DNA of 63,490 bases, the filler included, from Reticulomyxa filosa (lineage: Eukaryota > Protista > Foraminifera), in assembly GCA_000512085.1 (NCBI GenBank). It is 14 parts of 14 records of this genome, joined end to end, with 100 filler letters (N's around TTAATTAATTAA, not from the genome) between each part and the next. Parts side by side here need not be neighbours in the genome. Positions count along the whole stretch, not along the records: positions 48,559 to 52,008 come from ASPP01000995.1; positions 52,109 to 53,951 come from ASPP01022242.1; positions 54,052 to 58,426 come from ASPP01022830.1; positions 58,527 to 60,414 come from ASPP01028749.1; positions 60,515 to 62,139 come from ASPP01007728.1; 9 more parts are not named here. One strand, 5' to 3'. This document shows, in pieces, positions 49,625-62,239 of the stretch (within the stretch, counting starts at the first letter, position 1; each line of letters opens with the position of its first letter). The position numbers and the translations under genes were made by a program. The notes below the pieces were generated by a model, which saw only the letters and a program-made list of their open reading frames with translations, was not told the DNA's origin and did no database searches.

Positions 49625-50554
49625 ATGGTGTACACATGTGACAACGACAAGCGAAACACGAAATCTAATAATAGATCGGGTTCAAGCGAAAGCACAAAAG
49701 AAGGGGATGTAAATGGAGATGACTTTTTGATGGGCTTGAAACAAAGACAAGAAGCAAGAGAGCGAAGAAAAGAAGAAAGACTGAAACGACTAAAAATGGA
49801 ACAGCAAATGCAAACAGAAAAGAATATTGGACCGGAAAAGCAATTGTCAGTTGGCAGCATACTTGATATCCATGGTTTAATGTCACCAACCAAAGAGGCC
49901 GATTCAAATGCTATACTTTTGAAAAAATCATTCGAACCGCAGACTCCAATAACGCCGATATCGATTTCGGTCCCGGCTCCTGCCCCGGTTTTGACCATTG
50001 AACTCCCATGGACAGTTGCAAAGATCGCTACGACCAACTGTCAAAAAGAAACAGTGGAAAAGAGCACACAAACATCTCCGAGAGGAGAAGCTCCAACTTC
50101 GAAGCTGCTGACGATGGAACTATTGCAATCATTCAATAACCTTGATGAACAAAATATCAAAAGTGCTACCCCTGCTGAAAGCGACACCAGTGTTTTGAGT
50201 CCGATTTCCAAAGTTTCTGTGGGTTGCATTTTCGAATGGGGCGAAGATGCGGGATTGAGTGAAAAAGATAATGCCAACCAAGGCCAATCACGCAAACAAG
50301 AACACCAACCTCAGCGTCAACCTGTTCCGCAACCTCAACCTCAACCCCAACCACAAGACCAATCCAATGGTGATACTCAAAATGACAGTGAAAATGAAAA
50401 CGCAAATGCTATCAATAATGTATTGTTTGGTGGCACACCGCAGACAAAAAAATACGACAATGATTTAGATATCGAAACACCCGATATCAGTGATCTACTT
50501 GTTGATGCCAGTGACAACGATAGCAATCAAGACTCTCTAATGGAAGACTTGTGA
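49625..50554 (+). CDS. Hypothetical disordered protein (last exon; upstream exons likely near 49380-49443)
   Basis: 309-codon ORF with a charged coiled segment and PQ repeat; no recognisable domain. Confidence 0.55.
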   Translation: MVYTCDNDKRNTKSNNRSGSSESTKEGDVNGDDFLMGLKQRQEARERRKEERLKRLKMEQQMQTEKNIGPEKQLSVGSILDIHGLMSPTKEADSNAILLKKSFEPQTPITPISISVPAPAPVLTIELPWTVAKIATTNCQKETVEKSTQTSPRGEAPTSKLLTMELLQSFNNLDEQNIKSATPAESDTSVLSPISKVSVGCIFEWGEDAGLSEKDNANQGQSRKQEHQPQRQPVPQPQPQPQPQDQSNGDTQNDSENENANAINNVLFGGTPQTKKYDNDLDIETPDISDLLVDASDNDSNQDSLMEDL

Positions 50555-51173
50555 ACTTATTCCTGTAACTTTCTTGTCATTTAATTTTTATCTCTTTTTT
50601 TGCAAAACCGTTTGGATGTATTGTGTCCTCTTTTTTCTTTTTTCCATTGTCAATTTGGTATGTTATCTATTTTCTTTACAGTTTTATGAAGTTACAAGTT
50701 GACAATGAGTAACATTCAAAAAGACCTAAAACTTTTTTTTTGCTTGTCGTTATGCAAAAAAATTACAGTCAAAAATAAAGATTTTCCTTTACTATTGGAT
50801 TTGTTGTTACATGAAATTTTGTTTTTTTGTGATGCTTTATTATCTGGCCTTTTTTAATTTCAATTTGGCGCTAACTCTCAAAAAGCACGAAAATTAACAA
50901 ACTTGCCACCAAAAATTGGATTGATCAGGTTGATTTTAAAAAATTCATTATTAATTCTTCAAAAAAGCTGAAGACTGAAAATGTTTCACATGCGTACCGC
51001 AGCCATCCCAATTTGAATGCAAAACAAAAAAAACAACAAACAGGTGTAAATGAACAGCAAAAGATGAAAAATAAAACACAAATTTCCCCATTTGGTATTC
51101 GATTTAAGAAAAAAAGTAAGATAGCATTGGGTCTTTTTGATCGAACAAGAAAAAGAGAGGAAGAAACAAAAAT

Positions 51174-51880
51174 TCAATCAACTCCCATATTGTCATCCAC
51201 TTCTACCTCCTCTTGAGCGGCGTTGTCACTTTCACTTTCCTCTGTTTCGTCTGCAGCAGACGAATTTTTAGTAAAAGCGACATCGTCCCATTTTTTCAAA
51301 GGCGTGACTTTGGTGACATCAACATTAAACAACCGGACACCACCCAGACATCGTTCCGGCAATTCAGCGGCTTTGCACCCTTCAATAACCCACACAATAT
51401 CTACAATGATTTGTTTGCTGACACCATGAGCACCCTTAACCACTTTTTGTGCCAAGTTGGTGGAATCGGCTTCAATATCCACTTCCAAATAGTTTTCACC
51501 GCGGTAGGTTCGTGAGGGAGAATATTTGCCCAACAAAACAGGTTTGTTTGGAATAGGCAAATACCAAGGCGATTTAACAACATGAGGAATTAGTTTCAAA
51601 CGATCACAAATGAACGAGTGATTGTTGATTAAAAATTGCTTCCAAATACTGTTGTTATCATCGACATTGCCGTTATTGTTGTTATTATTATTGTGGCCAT
51701 TGCTGTTGTTATTACTTTTTTATTGTCCGATACATTTGGCAAAGAAAAGTGTCTATCCAATGGTGCGTAGTGAATTTTCGGTATAAATGTCCAACTTGTC
51801 GTTGTGTTTTTACCATCGTCGTTTTCAGTCACTTTTTCGTTTTCGGGTTCCTTTTCTTTTCCACCCAAGAAATTCACCAC
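51174..51880 (-). CDS. EDR2 C-terminal domain (DUF1336) protein, 3' part
   Basis: RLKLIPHVVKSPW..KPVLLGK..YRGENYLEVDIE..S..A..IIVDIVWVIEG..ELPERCLGGVRL. Confidence 0.8.
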
Positions 51881-52118
51881 AAAACAAGCACAAGTGCGAA
51901 GAGACGAAACAAAAAGATATGGACAAAACCATAAGTCGTAAATGTACAGTAAGCACTTTTCATTGAAAGATGGCGGTACGGACATTTACAAAAAAAAAAA
52001 AATTATAANNNNNNNNNNNNNNNNNNNNNNNNNNNNNNNNNNNNNNNNNNNNTTAATTAATTAANNNNNNNNNNNNNNNNNNNNNNNNNNNNNNNNNNNN
52101 NNNNNNNNAAAAAAAAAG

Positions 52119-52686
52119 GTACACCTGACGTTGCACGAACAGCCGAAAGGATTTTGCAAGATTGGAACGCTGGTAAGATTGCTTATTATGTAACTCCACC
52201 TGCAATTATTGAGACCAATACGCAAGTGCAATTTGTTCAACAATTTGATAAGGCCTTTGATATCGACGCACTACTTAACGAATCCAATAACAATGCCATG
52301 CAAATGTTCAAACAAGATCAAACCAAACAGGACAAAAGTGAGGCTGATGATCATTATGTCGCTGTGGTATGCTTTTTTTAATTTTTTAAATATGTTTTCT
52401 TCCTTCTTTTAACCATGTTGTTTTGACCCGTTGAATCAATGATGACTGGGGTTGTAATGTGATAAAGGACCCTGACAAATTCGGATTGAGCAACTTGGAA
52501 ACTGATGCCAATATGGATGTGCATGCGCTCGATAGTATTGTCACTAATGAACTATTTGATAGAAAACAAGAAAACAATAACCAGTTAACGGAATTAAACA
52601 AATTACAAAACAGTGAAAAATTTAAACGAAATGTGCCCAAATTGAGTTATTTGCAAGATGCTGAGGGGGATCATCAAATGCAATAG
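52119..52686 (+). CDS. GNL3/nucleostemin/Nug1-like GTPase C-terminal exons
   Basis: GTPDVARTAERILQDWNAGKIAYYVTPP..VQQFDKAFDI. Confidence 0.75.
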
Positions 52687-54051
52687 TAAGAGTCGTCAAA
52701 TTGTGTGTACTATTGTTAATTGACAGTTTTTACAAATCTGAATTATTTTGATTTTTTTCTTAATCTAACTTCATCGTTTATAGTTTTGAGTAATCATAAG
52801 ATCGACAGATATTATCTCTTGAATGAAATAATAAAGAAGCAAAACCAACAAATCTAAACAGTCAAAGTCTTATTTGTAAATAACAATTACCACTCGAATT
52901 TTAACTTTGGTATGTTAAGTTTGACAAAAGTTCAGGTTATACGATATTTGGTTCAACGTACATCTGGACTGTTCAAAAACATCAGCCGTATCGTTTCTTA
53001 TTTTTGAAATTAATAAAGAGAATACAAAAATTGGATTTTTTTTCTGCAATGACAATAAGTTTTTGAAATGTTTTGTAGCTTGGTTCTAGCGTATTTTTTT
53101 TGTTATTTGTGTTATTGAAAGCAAAAAATTGGCATCGGATTTTTGTGAAGTTTGGTTGTTTTCTTTTGTTTTGTTGTTACCATTTTTTTTTATTGATCTG
53201 TTTGTTCTGAGTCAATAAGGAGTGTTTACGTCATATTTCGTTTTGATTTTGATAAAGTTGTTGATCAAACATCTTTTTGAATTGATTTTTGGTTGTATTG
53301 TTCCATTTAAAAGTGAATTGAGTTTTGATATGGTGATCAATTACACCCTTAGCATGCTTATTGAAAGGGGTATTCAACTAATTTTTTAACGTGCATAATT
53401 TGTGGTGATATAATAGAACAAAAAAAAGCTAAGACCAACAAAATAATACGTCTTTATTATTAAGTTTTGCCTTAAAAAAAAAAGAGGATTCAATATACAC
53501 TTTGTAGGGAAGTCCCTGCTGTAGACGGCCGAACTATAAAGGGCCTGAGGAATCCCCAGTAGGTTAAACTCCTTCAAAACTCTTCGCAAGCACTATCTTT
53601 AATTTGGTTACACTTTTAAAATAGCCTTTTAATAGTTCTTTATTTTGATCAATATTTAAGCAATTACATTAAAAAAATGCAACTAAATATAAACGTATCA
53701 AATCAATTTCATTTTTTGAATAAAAAGTATTCAATGGAAATGTGGTCAACCATGAATTATTCACTATCGCCAAAATAAATTCTGATGTTTTATATAAACT
53801 TAAACAAATACAATTACCTTTGTGACTAACTACCAAATTCAACAAATTTAAAATCCAAAAATAACGAACAAATAAAAGGAAAAAAAAAAAGTAAAACCAT
53901 GAGTCAGGAGGCACGAAGTGCCTCATGGCCCATAGTTTAGCTTTTTTTTTTNNNNNNNNNNNNNNNNNNNNNNNNNNNNNNNNNNNNNNNNNNNNTTAAT
54001 TAATTAANNNNNNNNNNNNNNNNNNNNNNNNNNNNNNNNNNNNNNNNNNNN

Positions 54052-54419
54052 ATGAGCAATTATACAACCCAAACCATCTTTTATTTCTTCTTTTACATCA
54101 TATCTTTCTATGCAATTATCAAATATAAATCGTATTCCTTCAATTTGATGTAGTTTCAATATACTTCCAATTTCTTTACTTAAATATACTCTCTATTATA
54201 TTCACACATTTTTATTTTTATTTTTATTTTTTCATATTTCATCATATTACAATTTACTTTAACTTGTTCATCTTTGTCGTGATTTATGTTCACACATATA
54301 TCACTTCTGTCTACACTTGTAGCAATCACTTTCATTCGCTTCCTCGAAGGAAATTCTTCTGAGAGTTTTGTCAAAGTTTCTTTTTCCTCTGTCTCAATCA
54401 CACTGAAAGTTCGCTTCAT
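54052..54419 (-). CDS. Hypothetical protein 5' part
   Basis: MKRTFSVIETEEKETLTKLSEEFPSRKRMKV ORF with a probable second exon toward the linker; no domain recognised. Confidence 0.35.
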
Positions 54420-54849
54420 TTTTCAAGTTTTTTTTTTATCAAAAAAGTTTTTGTTCAGTCAAAGGGTGTGCTTTTATAAGGGCTAAGACCAGAAACAGCT
54501 CGTTTTTATGGATTTTTTTGTGGGTTTGATTCACTCTTCCTCAAAAGAGATGGTGATTTATCAAATTGCGATTTGCAGCTATTTTTAAAAACATTATCCA
54601 GTACAAAGTAAAAAAAAAGAATAGGTGACCCGTTCTGCCAAACTCAAAAATGACGGACATTTCGAAGCAAATTTTTGAGATAAACGTTTAAATGTAGTTC
54701 TTTCCATCAAGTCAAACTCAGAATTTCAAAGGAAGAGGAGAGGAGAAAAAGAGTACAATTCAAAAGTAAGAAATTGTAATTGACAACTTAAAAGTTATTT
54801 GATGGTTGAATTTTGGCTAAGTTTAAAGCAAAGTTTTAGGTTTGATGAT

Positions 54850-55289
54850 TTAATAGCGACTTTTTACGAGCAAATATAAGATTATTAAAATAACAAAAAC
54901 GAAACAAGCCAAATAACACATATGTTTATGTCCACCTTTTGCCATCATCTTGTCAAATTTGCCCATGGTTTGTTGCAAGAATCCGCTGACATTATCATAA
55001 TCTTTTTCAATATCATTCAGATTCTTCACATCTTCTTGTATCATTTCCCCAACTTCTCTCGCTCCCGATTTTAGTAGTTTTACTTTTTGGTCTAATTGAC
55101 TCACTAATTCATCACATTGTCCTTCGAGCATCATATTGGTTGCTTCGGCTGCTTGAGATTGTCCAGAGTTTTTGTTTGAGTTGTTTGACGACCCTCTGTT
55201 CCTGCCGTTTCTTTTTATTAATATTCAAATTCACGTAATATATCATTACTAAAAGAAATATGCAATATATTCCTTTACCGAGAACTCAT
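54850..55289 (-). CDS. BET1: Bet1/Sft1-like Qc-SNARE
   Basis: MLEGQCDELVSQLDQKVKLLKSGAREVGEMIQEDVKNLNDIEKDYDNVSGFLQQTMGKFDKM, then a C-terminal TM anchor. A short first exon MSSR starts at 55289. Confidence 0.85.
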
Positions 55290-55668
55290 GTTGCTTCTTG
55301 CCAACATAAACGAAACCCTGCAAAATGTAAAGAAAAAGCTCCCTTTGCAGCTCATTCGTTCCTTAAAAAACGCATCAGCTCTGGACTTGTTGTGTATTAT
55401 TTTTGTTTGTTTGTTCTGTCAAAGGTGCTGAAATAACAGTTGTCTATCTGTTGGTCCTGCGGAACTTGAGCAGCAAATTACTTTTTTCACAAAAATTGAG
55501 CTTAAATCATACACAGCAAAAAAGAAGAGAACGTACTGTAAAATAAAAAAAATCCAAAAAATTAAGGCGACGCAAAGTATTACTAATGTGTGGTGTAACA
55601 CTAACAAGAAGTGCACAAGTCGGAAAAAAGGAAAAGAGGGGAGGTTTTTCAGTCAATATTTGGTTGGC

Positions 55669-58380
55669 AATGTCAATCCAATGTTCGAGCGTCTGCAGCG
55701 CTTGCTCAGCACTTCTCTTGCAGATTTTGCCCAGTTATGGTGTGAGGGTGTTGGATCTAGCCTATGTGAAATCTGGTGACTTGCTCTCCGACCTGTACGT
55801 AAGAATGGTAGAAATAAGCCATGACAATTCTGCAAAAGTTGAGTTTAAAAAAGTCTTTGAAATAGGATATCAGGGTTATTTTTCAGATTGAGAAAAAACA
55901 AAAAAAAAAAAAATGGAAATAGCAGCAACAAAAGAATGAGACTGCAATGGACAAACTGACGTACATCAAGTCAATAGCGAACAAATATCACAATGTCAAC
56001 AAAGAGGAAAATGACAGTCAATGGAATACATTACTGCCAAAAGCCGAGCAATGCAACAATTGGCCGGAGCTATCATTTTGGATGTCGATATTGAATTGTC
56101 TGAAGAGTGTGCAATTTGCTCTAAACAACATAACCAAATCTAACGCACTTTCCAACCCCACCCGATACAATTCATTGTCTACACTGCCCATTGTGTCTCG
56201 ATTTAACATTGGCATTTTGCAACCAATATCAAAGTTAAACCACTTCTAAAGCAAACCTTTTTTTTTAATTTCGAAGGAGACAAAATTAAATTTGAGTCAG
56301 GTTAGAACATGACCCCCTTTTTTTTTTTAAAAAAAAAAAAAGGGTGATTCTCGGACTTTGAGAATTAAAAATAACAATGAAAAATAATACCAAAAAAAAA
56401 ATCTCACAAATTCCAGGAACACAAAAAAAAAAAAAAAAAAAAAAACTAAATGTTTTTTTTGAAAACAGAGGTAATTTTAATTCTGGCACATCATTGCTGA
56501 CATTGCCATCAAAAGATGAGAAAAATACAACAAGTGACATTGGAGTGCCTTTGCCTAGTGGCAAAGAGGAGCCACTTGTGGTGTCGCGCATTGGAAAGAC
56601 AGAAGGTGGTGCCAATGCGTCCTATGTAAAACTTGATAAAGGTGAAATCTATTCTCAATTACGCATTAAAAGAGGAGGGTGTCTTTATTTATATTCTCTC
56701 TGTCTATCATTCCAAAAACAAACAAACAAACAAACAAACAGAAAATTGGGTTGAGACGAGACAATCGCAGAGGTTTGTAGAAGAAGAAAAAACAAGTGGC
56801 AACAGCGGCGATAATGACAAATGTGCTGTTGGCTCCGAAAACGCGAAGGATTGCACACTAAGCCAATTGAACCAGTCGAATCGAAAGAAGCCCAGTGATG
56901 AAAAAGAAGAAGAAGAAGAAGAAGAAGAAACGAAACGCTTCAACACAACGACTTGGACTGTCGCCGGTAGCGGCGTTTGCAATCCGATTGGAACACTGCC
57001 AACGCCGCCGCCTTGTCGTCAATGCACGCATCTGCAGCTGCAGTTGGACGATGCCACCCAAAAGTGCAAAGAACTGGAAAAAAAAATGGACATGTTGAAG
57101 CGAGAAAATAGCGTGTTCGTAAGTCTGCAACTCGATTTGGCCAAAAAACTCGGTTAATTTTCAACAATACTTATCATAATGAGAGGAGAGGTTTTGATTA
57201 ATTGATAAATAAGTATATAAGTAACGAAATAAATAAAAAACATAACATATCATTCAAGTTTCAATCGATTATATTTGTTATTATTGTTGATTTCTGTTTG
57301 TGGTGCACTTGGATAGAATTGGAACGTGTTCATGCCGAAGAACTGAACGGCCAACACACGAAAGACACTGAGGACTTGCATGAACAAATTCGAAACTCTC
57401 GCAATGAAATACAAATTCTATGCAAGGAGCTTCTACAAATGAAACAAGCAAATGATTTTTTAAAGCAAAAAGTTGAATTGTATAAAAATTTGGATGTCAC
57501 CAAAGCCACCAAAAATCGGGCTCGTTTGACAACCATTGAATGTTGTTTGAAAGATAATCGAACGGAATATATCGGCTTGCGTGCATTTGTGGAACAGTTT
57601 ATTGATTCCATGAATGAACAATTCAAGCTATTAAAATTTCCCATGAGTTACAAAACAAAACAAAACAAAACAAAACAATATTACACGAGCAGTAGTTCGC
57701 AACTTCAAAAGTTCACTTTTTTTTTTTCTTTTCCCCCTTTTTTTTTATTATGATGCTTGAGCAGTCCAGCTAGTAGGTCCAGGAGCCAAATGTGTAAATC
57801 GAATATCAGAACTGACCCAACTTGCTGAGACTGTATTTGGTGATAGTAATTGTTGTGCACAAAACCCTCAAGGGCCTGCGCCTGAATCAGCGACAGAGGA
57901 GCGTGTGAGTGTGGAACAATGGAACCAATTGCATCAGCAGTACAAAGAATTATCACAACAGGCCGCACAATTGGAAGAGTTGTACTTGAACGAAAAGGAA
58001 CACCGCAAAAAGTTGCTCGAGCAAATAATCGACCTGAAAGGCAACATTCGTGTGTTTTGTCGTGTTCGGCCACCAATCAAAAGAGACATCACACCGGAAA
58101 CCAATCAAGAAAATGCAATTGCCGTGTCTTGCGTTGACGACGAACGAGTATCTATTCACATTGACGAGGCATGTATGAATCCAAAACAAAACAAAACAAA
58201 AAACAAACATAGCAATAAATGGAGCGATTGAATAAACAAACAAATAAAAAAAAAAACAAAACAGAAAGAAATGAAAAAATTTGAATTCGATCAAATGTTT
58301 CATCAATACGCTGACCAAGCAAAGATCTTTGAAGAAGTCATACCATTGATTGCCTCCGTAATGAACGGATACAATGTTGG
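55669..58380 (+). CDS. Kinesin-14 (C-terminal motor, KIFC-like), multi-exon, 3' truncated; 5' boundary uncertain
   Basis: Coiled coil, then neck EKEHRKKLLEQIIDLKGNIRVFCRVRP and FEFDQMF..Q..IFEEVIPLIASVMNGYNV. Confidence 0.88.
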
Positions 58381-58526
58381 GTAGTGCACAAGTGTTTGTT
58401 TTTTGTTTTGTTCTGATTTGATTTGGNNNNNNNNNNNNNNNNNNNNNNNNNNNNNNNNNNNNNNNNNNNNTTAATTAATTAANNNNNNNNNNNNNNNNNN
58501 NNNNNNNNNNNNNNNNNNNNNNNNNN

Positions 58527-60060
58527 TCAAGTATCTACAATAATACCAATACTATCTGATACGATGTTTGATGCCTTTGAACACACTCAAGAATTCAGTG
58601 CTTGTCCAACAACTAAGGTATAGTCTGCAAATGGAGTGTCGACACTGCACTGGACAACTTGTTGATAATGTTTAATGCTTTCACTTGGCCCAATGTTTTA
58701 TATGGATATAATTATTGGTATATAAATCTTTGGGTTGCTTCAAATCTACAGCTCATAGGAGAAGGGGACAAATAATAACTCACTAATTGAAGATTATTGC
58801 GGAGAAGGTCGACGAAATTGAAGAAAGAGGAAGATTACACGAATTCATTTCGATCGGCTATATGAACACGCTGGGCTGTTTTCGTGCGTGTCCAACAATA
58901 ACCACAACCACTTTCGTTACGCTATTGATCTCCCCTTTTTCCTAGAAGATTACTTGCTTGGAGTAAGGATTGCCCATTCGCATCTGGATATAATATCTTG
59001 GAGGCGATGTTTCATTGATCCAAGTATTGGTCTTGAATACTTCATTGTTGATAAAATGAAAATTACACTTTGAATAACAAATTACGACGTCCATAAATTG
59101 TCGATAGCGTATAAACATTGGTCGGCCATATTTCTGAAATTGCATTCAATTTGCAACAACAAATGATCTCAATTGTTGCATTATCGGGATATCTTCATAC
59201 ATTGAACTGGACGGTGCGCTGATGTTGTTACTGGCGACTGTGCTGGCTTTTCGATATCGCGACTGGTTTCGGGAAAGGTTTATGTGGAACTGGAGAGTTT
59301 GATTCTTGGATATATTGTTGGTGTGTAATGTGAGTATTCAAGCACATTGAGCCACAGGCAATCCATACATGCTGTATTCATCATGCTTTGACAAAAAAAA
59401 AGAAATATTTGAGATTGAATCGCAATATGTATATACTCATCCGCAATAATCTATTCTATGTATTAGAGTCGGTGAAAAAAGTGACAGTCAATGGAGCAGC
59501 AGTTGGATTGGACGTATAATGAAAAAAATTATTGTGACACTGTCAACCGCATTGTGACCATTACATTACGTACATTGCGCTTTTTTTTCCAGTAGCCCGC
59601 TCAGACGTATATACTTTGACGGATATTAGTTTCAAAATTATGGGGGAATGCTGGCTAGTAGCATATATTGAATAAATGCACACACTCCATAGCATCTGCT
59701 TGGGCCATTTTCTCATTGCATTGTGGACCACTTTTGATGATGTCGATCATCAAGCCAGCAGCAATTTGATAAACGGCACGAACAACGATATTGCTTCTTT
59801 CTTCCTCGTCGCATTTACAATTATGAGAGTGTATGTGCTGCATTGTTGAGACCTTGCCTGTGACATTGATGTAGGCACTGTTGAATTTCAAATTGATGAT
59901 TGCGAATGGTGAGTGTCCGGGGCAGTTGTTGAGACTTGATTTGCCCGTTTGTATGTTGATAACTATAATACGTTCCAACGATCTTGATCTAATGTAATTC
60001 CATGCAAAACATTTACCAATTCCATCTTGATGAACGCGCAATAACTCTAAGCTGTATTTT
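58527..60060 (-). mobile_element. Possible highly decayed non-LTR retroelement fragments
   Basis: Broken Cys/His knuckle-like pieces (PQC..; KKAQCT*CNGHNA) and RT-thumb-like LQDIISRCEWA..SNLLGKRG. No intact ORF or YADD-like motif. Confidence 0.3.
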
Positions 60061-60214
60061 TGAGAAAAATCAAAGTTAATTTTTTTTTCAAACAAACATA
60101 TAAAAAAAAATATATTTACTTAACTAAAGTTTGATATCCGCGCGGGTACCAATACTTTTTTGGAGTCATAGCTCCCACATAAAATAAAAATTAAAAAAAA
60201 TCAAAATTCAAATT

Positions 60215-60410
60215 ATTTCTTTCGTATTCTTTTTTTCTTTTTTTTTTTCTTATTCTTATTTTTTTTTCTTTCACTTATTATTCTTTTTTATTTTTTCCCC
60301 TTATAAATATTTTCACTTTCTTTTTTCTTATTTTTTCTATATCTCTTTTTTCTTATTATCACATTTTTCCCTTTCCCTTTTTTTCCAATATCCTTTTTTT
60401 TCCTCCCTTA
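60215..60410. repeat. Pyrimidine-rich (T/C) low-complexity tract
   Basis: Almost G-free T-rich sequence leading to the contig end. Confidence 0.85.
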
Positions 60411-60514
60411 TTGANNNNNNNNNNNNNNNNNNNNNNNNNNNNNNNNNNNNNNNNNNNNTTAATTAATTAANNNNNNNNNNNNNNNNNNNNNNNNNNNNNN
60501 NNNNNNNNNNNNNN

Positions 60515-60554
<40 letters not shown>

Positions 60555-60815
60555 ACAACAGTTTGTGAAACGTAACTACATTCCACGCTACATCGATACA
60601 ATTGACAGCGTCATATCCAAAATACACTGTTTTATAAGCACCTCGACCCAATTCTGTTTGAAACTATTTTTTTTTTTTTGTCCACTTTTGTTTGTCCATT
60701 TTTTTTTCTTCTCTTCTTCTCCTCCTTCCCAACTGACTCGGAGATATCTCCCGTTCACTGCTGCCCCTTCTCCAGCGAAAGATCTCTCCACTGGCTCTCC
60801 CAATCTCATTGCCAT
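60555..60815 (-). CDS. WNK: WNK-family protein kinase, 5' exons (truncated)
   Basis: NGRYLR|..ELGRGAYKTVYFGYD...DVAWN. The lysine in the Gly-rich loop and VAW in place of the subdomain II VAxK are WNK hallmarks. Confidence 0.85.
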
Positions 60816-61303
60816 TCTTTTTTGTTTTGATTACAATTAACAGCTGTTCGCTTTTGGAAATAATTGGTCTGAAAGAGTTTTTCAATTGTAAAGTGAAGAA
60901 GAAAAAAAAAAAAAAAAAAAGGTTAAACACACTTCTTTAATCTAAAAATAATGTTAAATAATATTGAGTTTTTTTTTTGGAAACACGTTCAAGGGGGCCC
61001 CGGAAACTGACAGATTGGCTTGCTGTCATAAGCAGATAAACTCTTATAAACACACCCATCGCTATAGATTATTTATGTGCTGTTCTGCGCTATAACATTT
61101 TTTTCTTTTTCTTTTAACACTCACTTTTTGTTTGGATTTTTGTTTCGTCTTTTCTTTCGGTACAAAGCTCCGAATGATATGTCATCACGATTTGATGTTT
61201 TTGCATTTAGCAGTGGTCAGACAGTTGGAAACCAAAATAGCAGAATTTATTCGTCAAAAGACAAGGCTTAACAAAAAAAAAATTTAATAATATAACAGGA
61301 ATT

Positions 61304-62090
61304 ATGAAGCATTTTCAGTACATTCGCCTGGCAAGGCTGTTGCCCAATAATTGCCACACACGTTCAAATATTATCCAGTGGCGTCATGTATGGTTTCGAC
61401 CTAGCCAACGTTTGGCAGCTCCGTTTCTAATTCCTCAAATAATAATGGGAGGAACAAGAATAAAATTTTTGGTGGTGCGTGTATTTTGGCGTTTGGTCCC
61501 ACAAGTTTACCGCGACTCGTGGTCGAAGAAGTTGCATGAATTTGTGGAAAACAATCGATGGCGTGCGATGGCATTTGTGTGTACGGGGGCATTATTGATT
61601 TATTGGGACTATTTGAATCACTTGGACGAAGTACCACTCACGCATCGACGAAGGTTGCGTTCATATTTTGATGGGTGGCCTTTTTTTTTTTTTTTTTTTA
61701 AAAAAGCTGTTGTCAAAAGTGCATCAAAAACAAATTAGATTATTGCACGTGCCATTTCAACAAATCAAACAACAATGCGACGAAGAATTGCAAGGAATAT
61801 TGATACAGCATCAAAGCTCGATTTTGCCAGCGAATCACCCGGCAACGATCCGTGTGAAACGTGTGTTTGACAGCATACTGAACGCTGCTCACGACATCGG
61901 GGTACTACAGAACGACAAGGTGTTTGAGGTATATGTGATCGATCATCCTGTGCAAAATGCATGTGCTCTTCCTAATGGCGTTACGTTGGTGTTCACTGGG
62001 ATGTTACAAGATACGGACGATTCCGATCACAAGTTGGCATGTTTGTTGGGACACGAAGTGTCACATGTCATTGCACAACATTCAGTTTAC
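61304..62090 (+). CDS. OMA1: OMA1-like M48 zinc metallopeptidase (3' truncated)
   Basis: HLDEVPLTHRRR, ILPANHP..RVKRV, VYVID..NACALPNG..VFTGML..LACLLGHEVSHVIAQHS (HEXXH). Confidence 0.88.
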
Positions 62091-62239
62091 TTACACAAGC
62101 AAATACACAAATAAATCATCACTCCTTTTTTTTTTAAAANNNNNNNNNNNNNNNNNNNNNNNNNNNNNNNNNNNNNNNNNNNNTTAATTAATTAANNNNN
62201 NNNNNNNNNNNNNNNNNNNNNNNNNNNNNNNNNNNNNNN

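Noticed and set aside
53340-53951. Possible repeat or element end near the contig boundary
   Set aside because: No terminal repeat partner or coding motif found within the window.
5364-62239. Regularly recurring TTAATTAATTAA palindrome flanked by Ns as a biological repeat or CRISPR-like array
   Set aside because: Identical 100-nt six-frame-stop spacer, an assembly/concatenation artefact.
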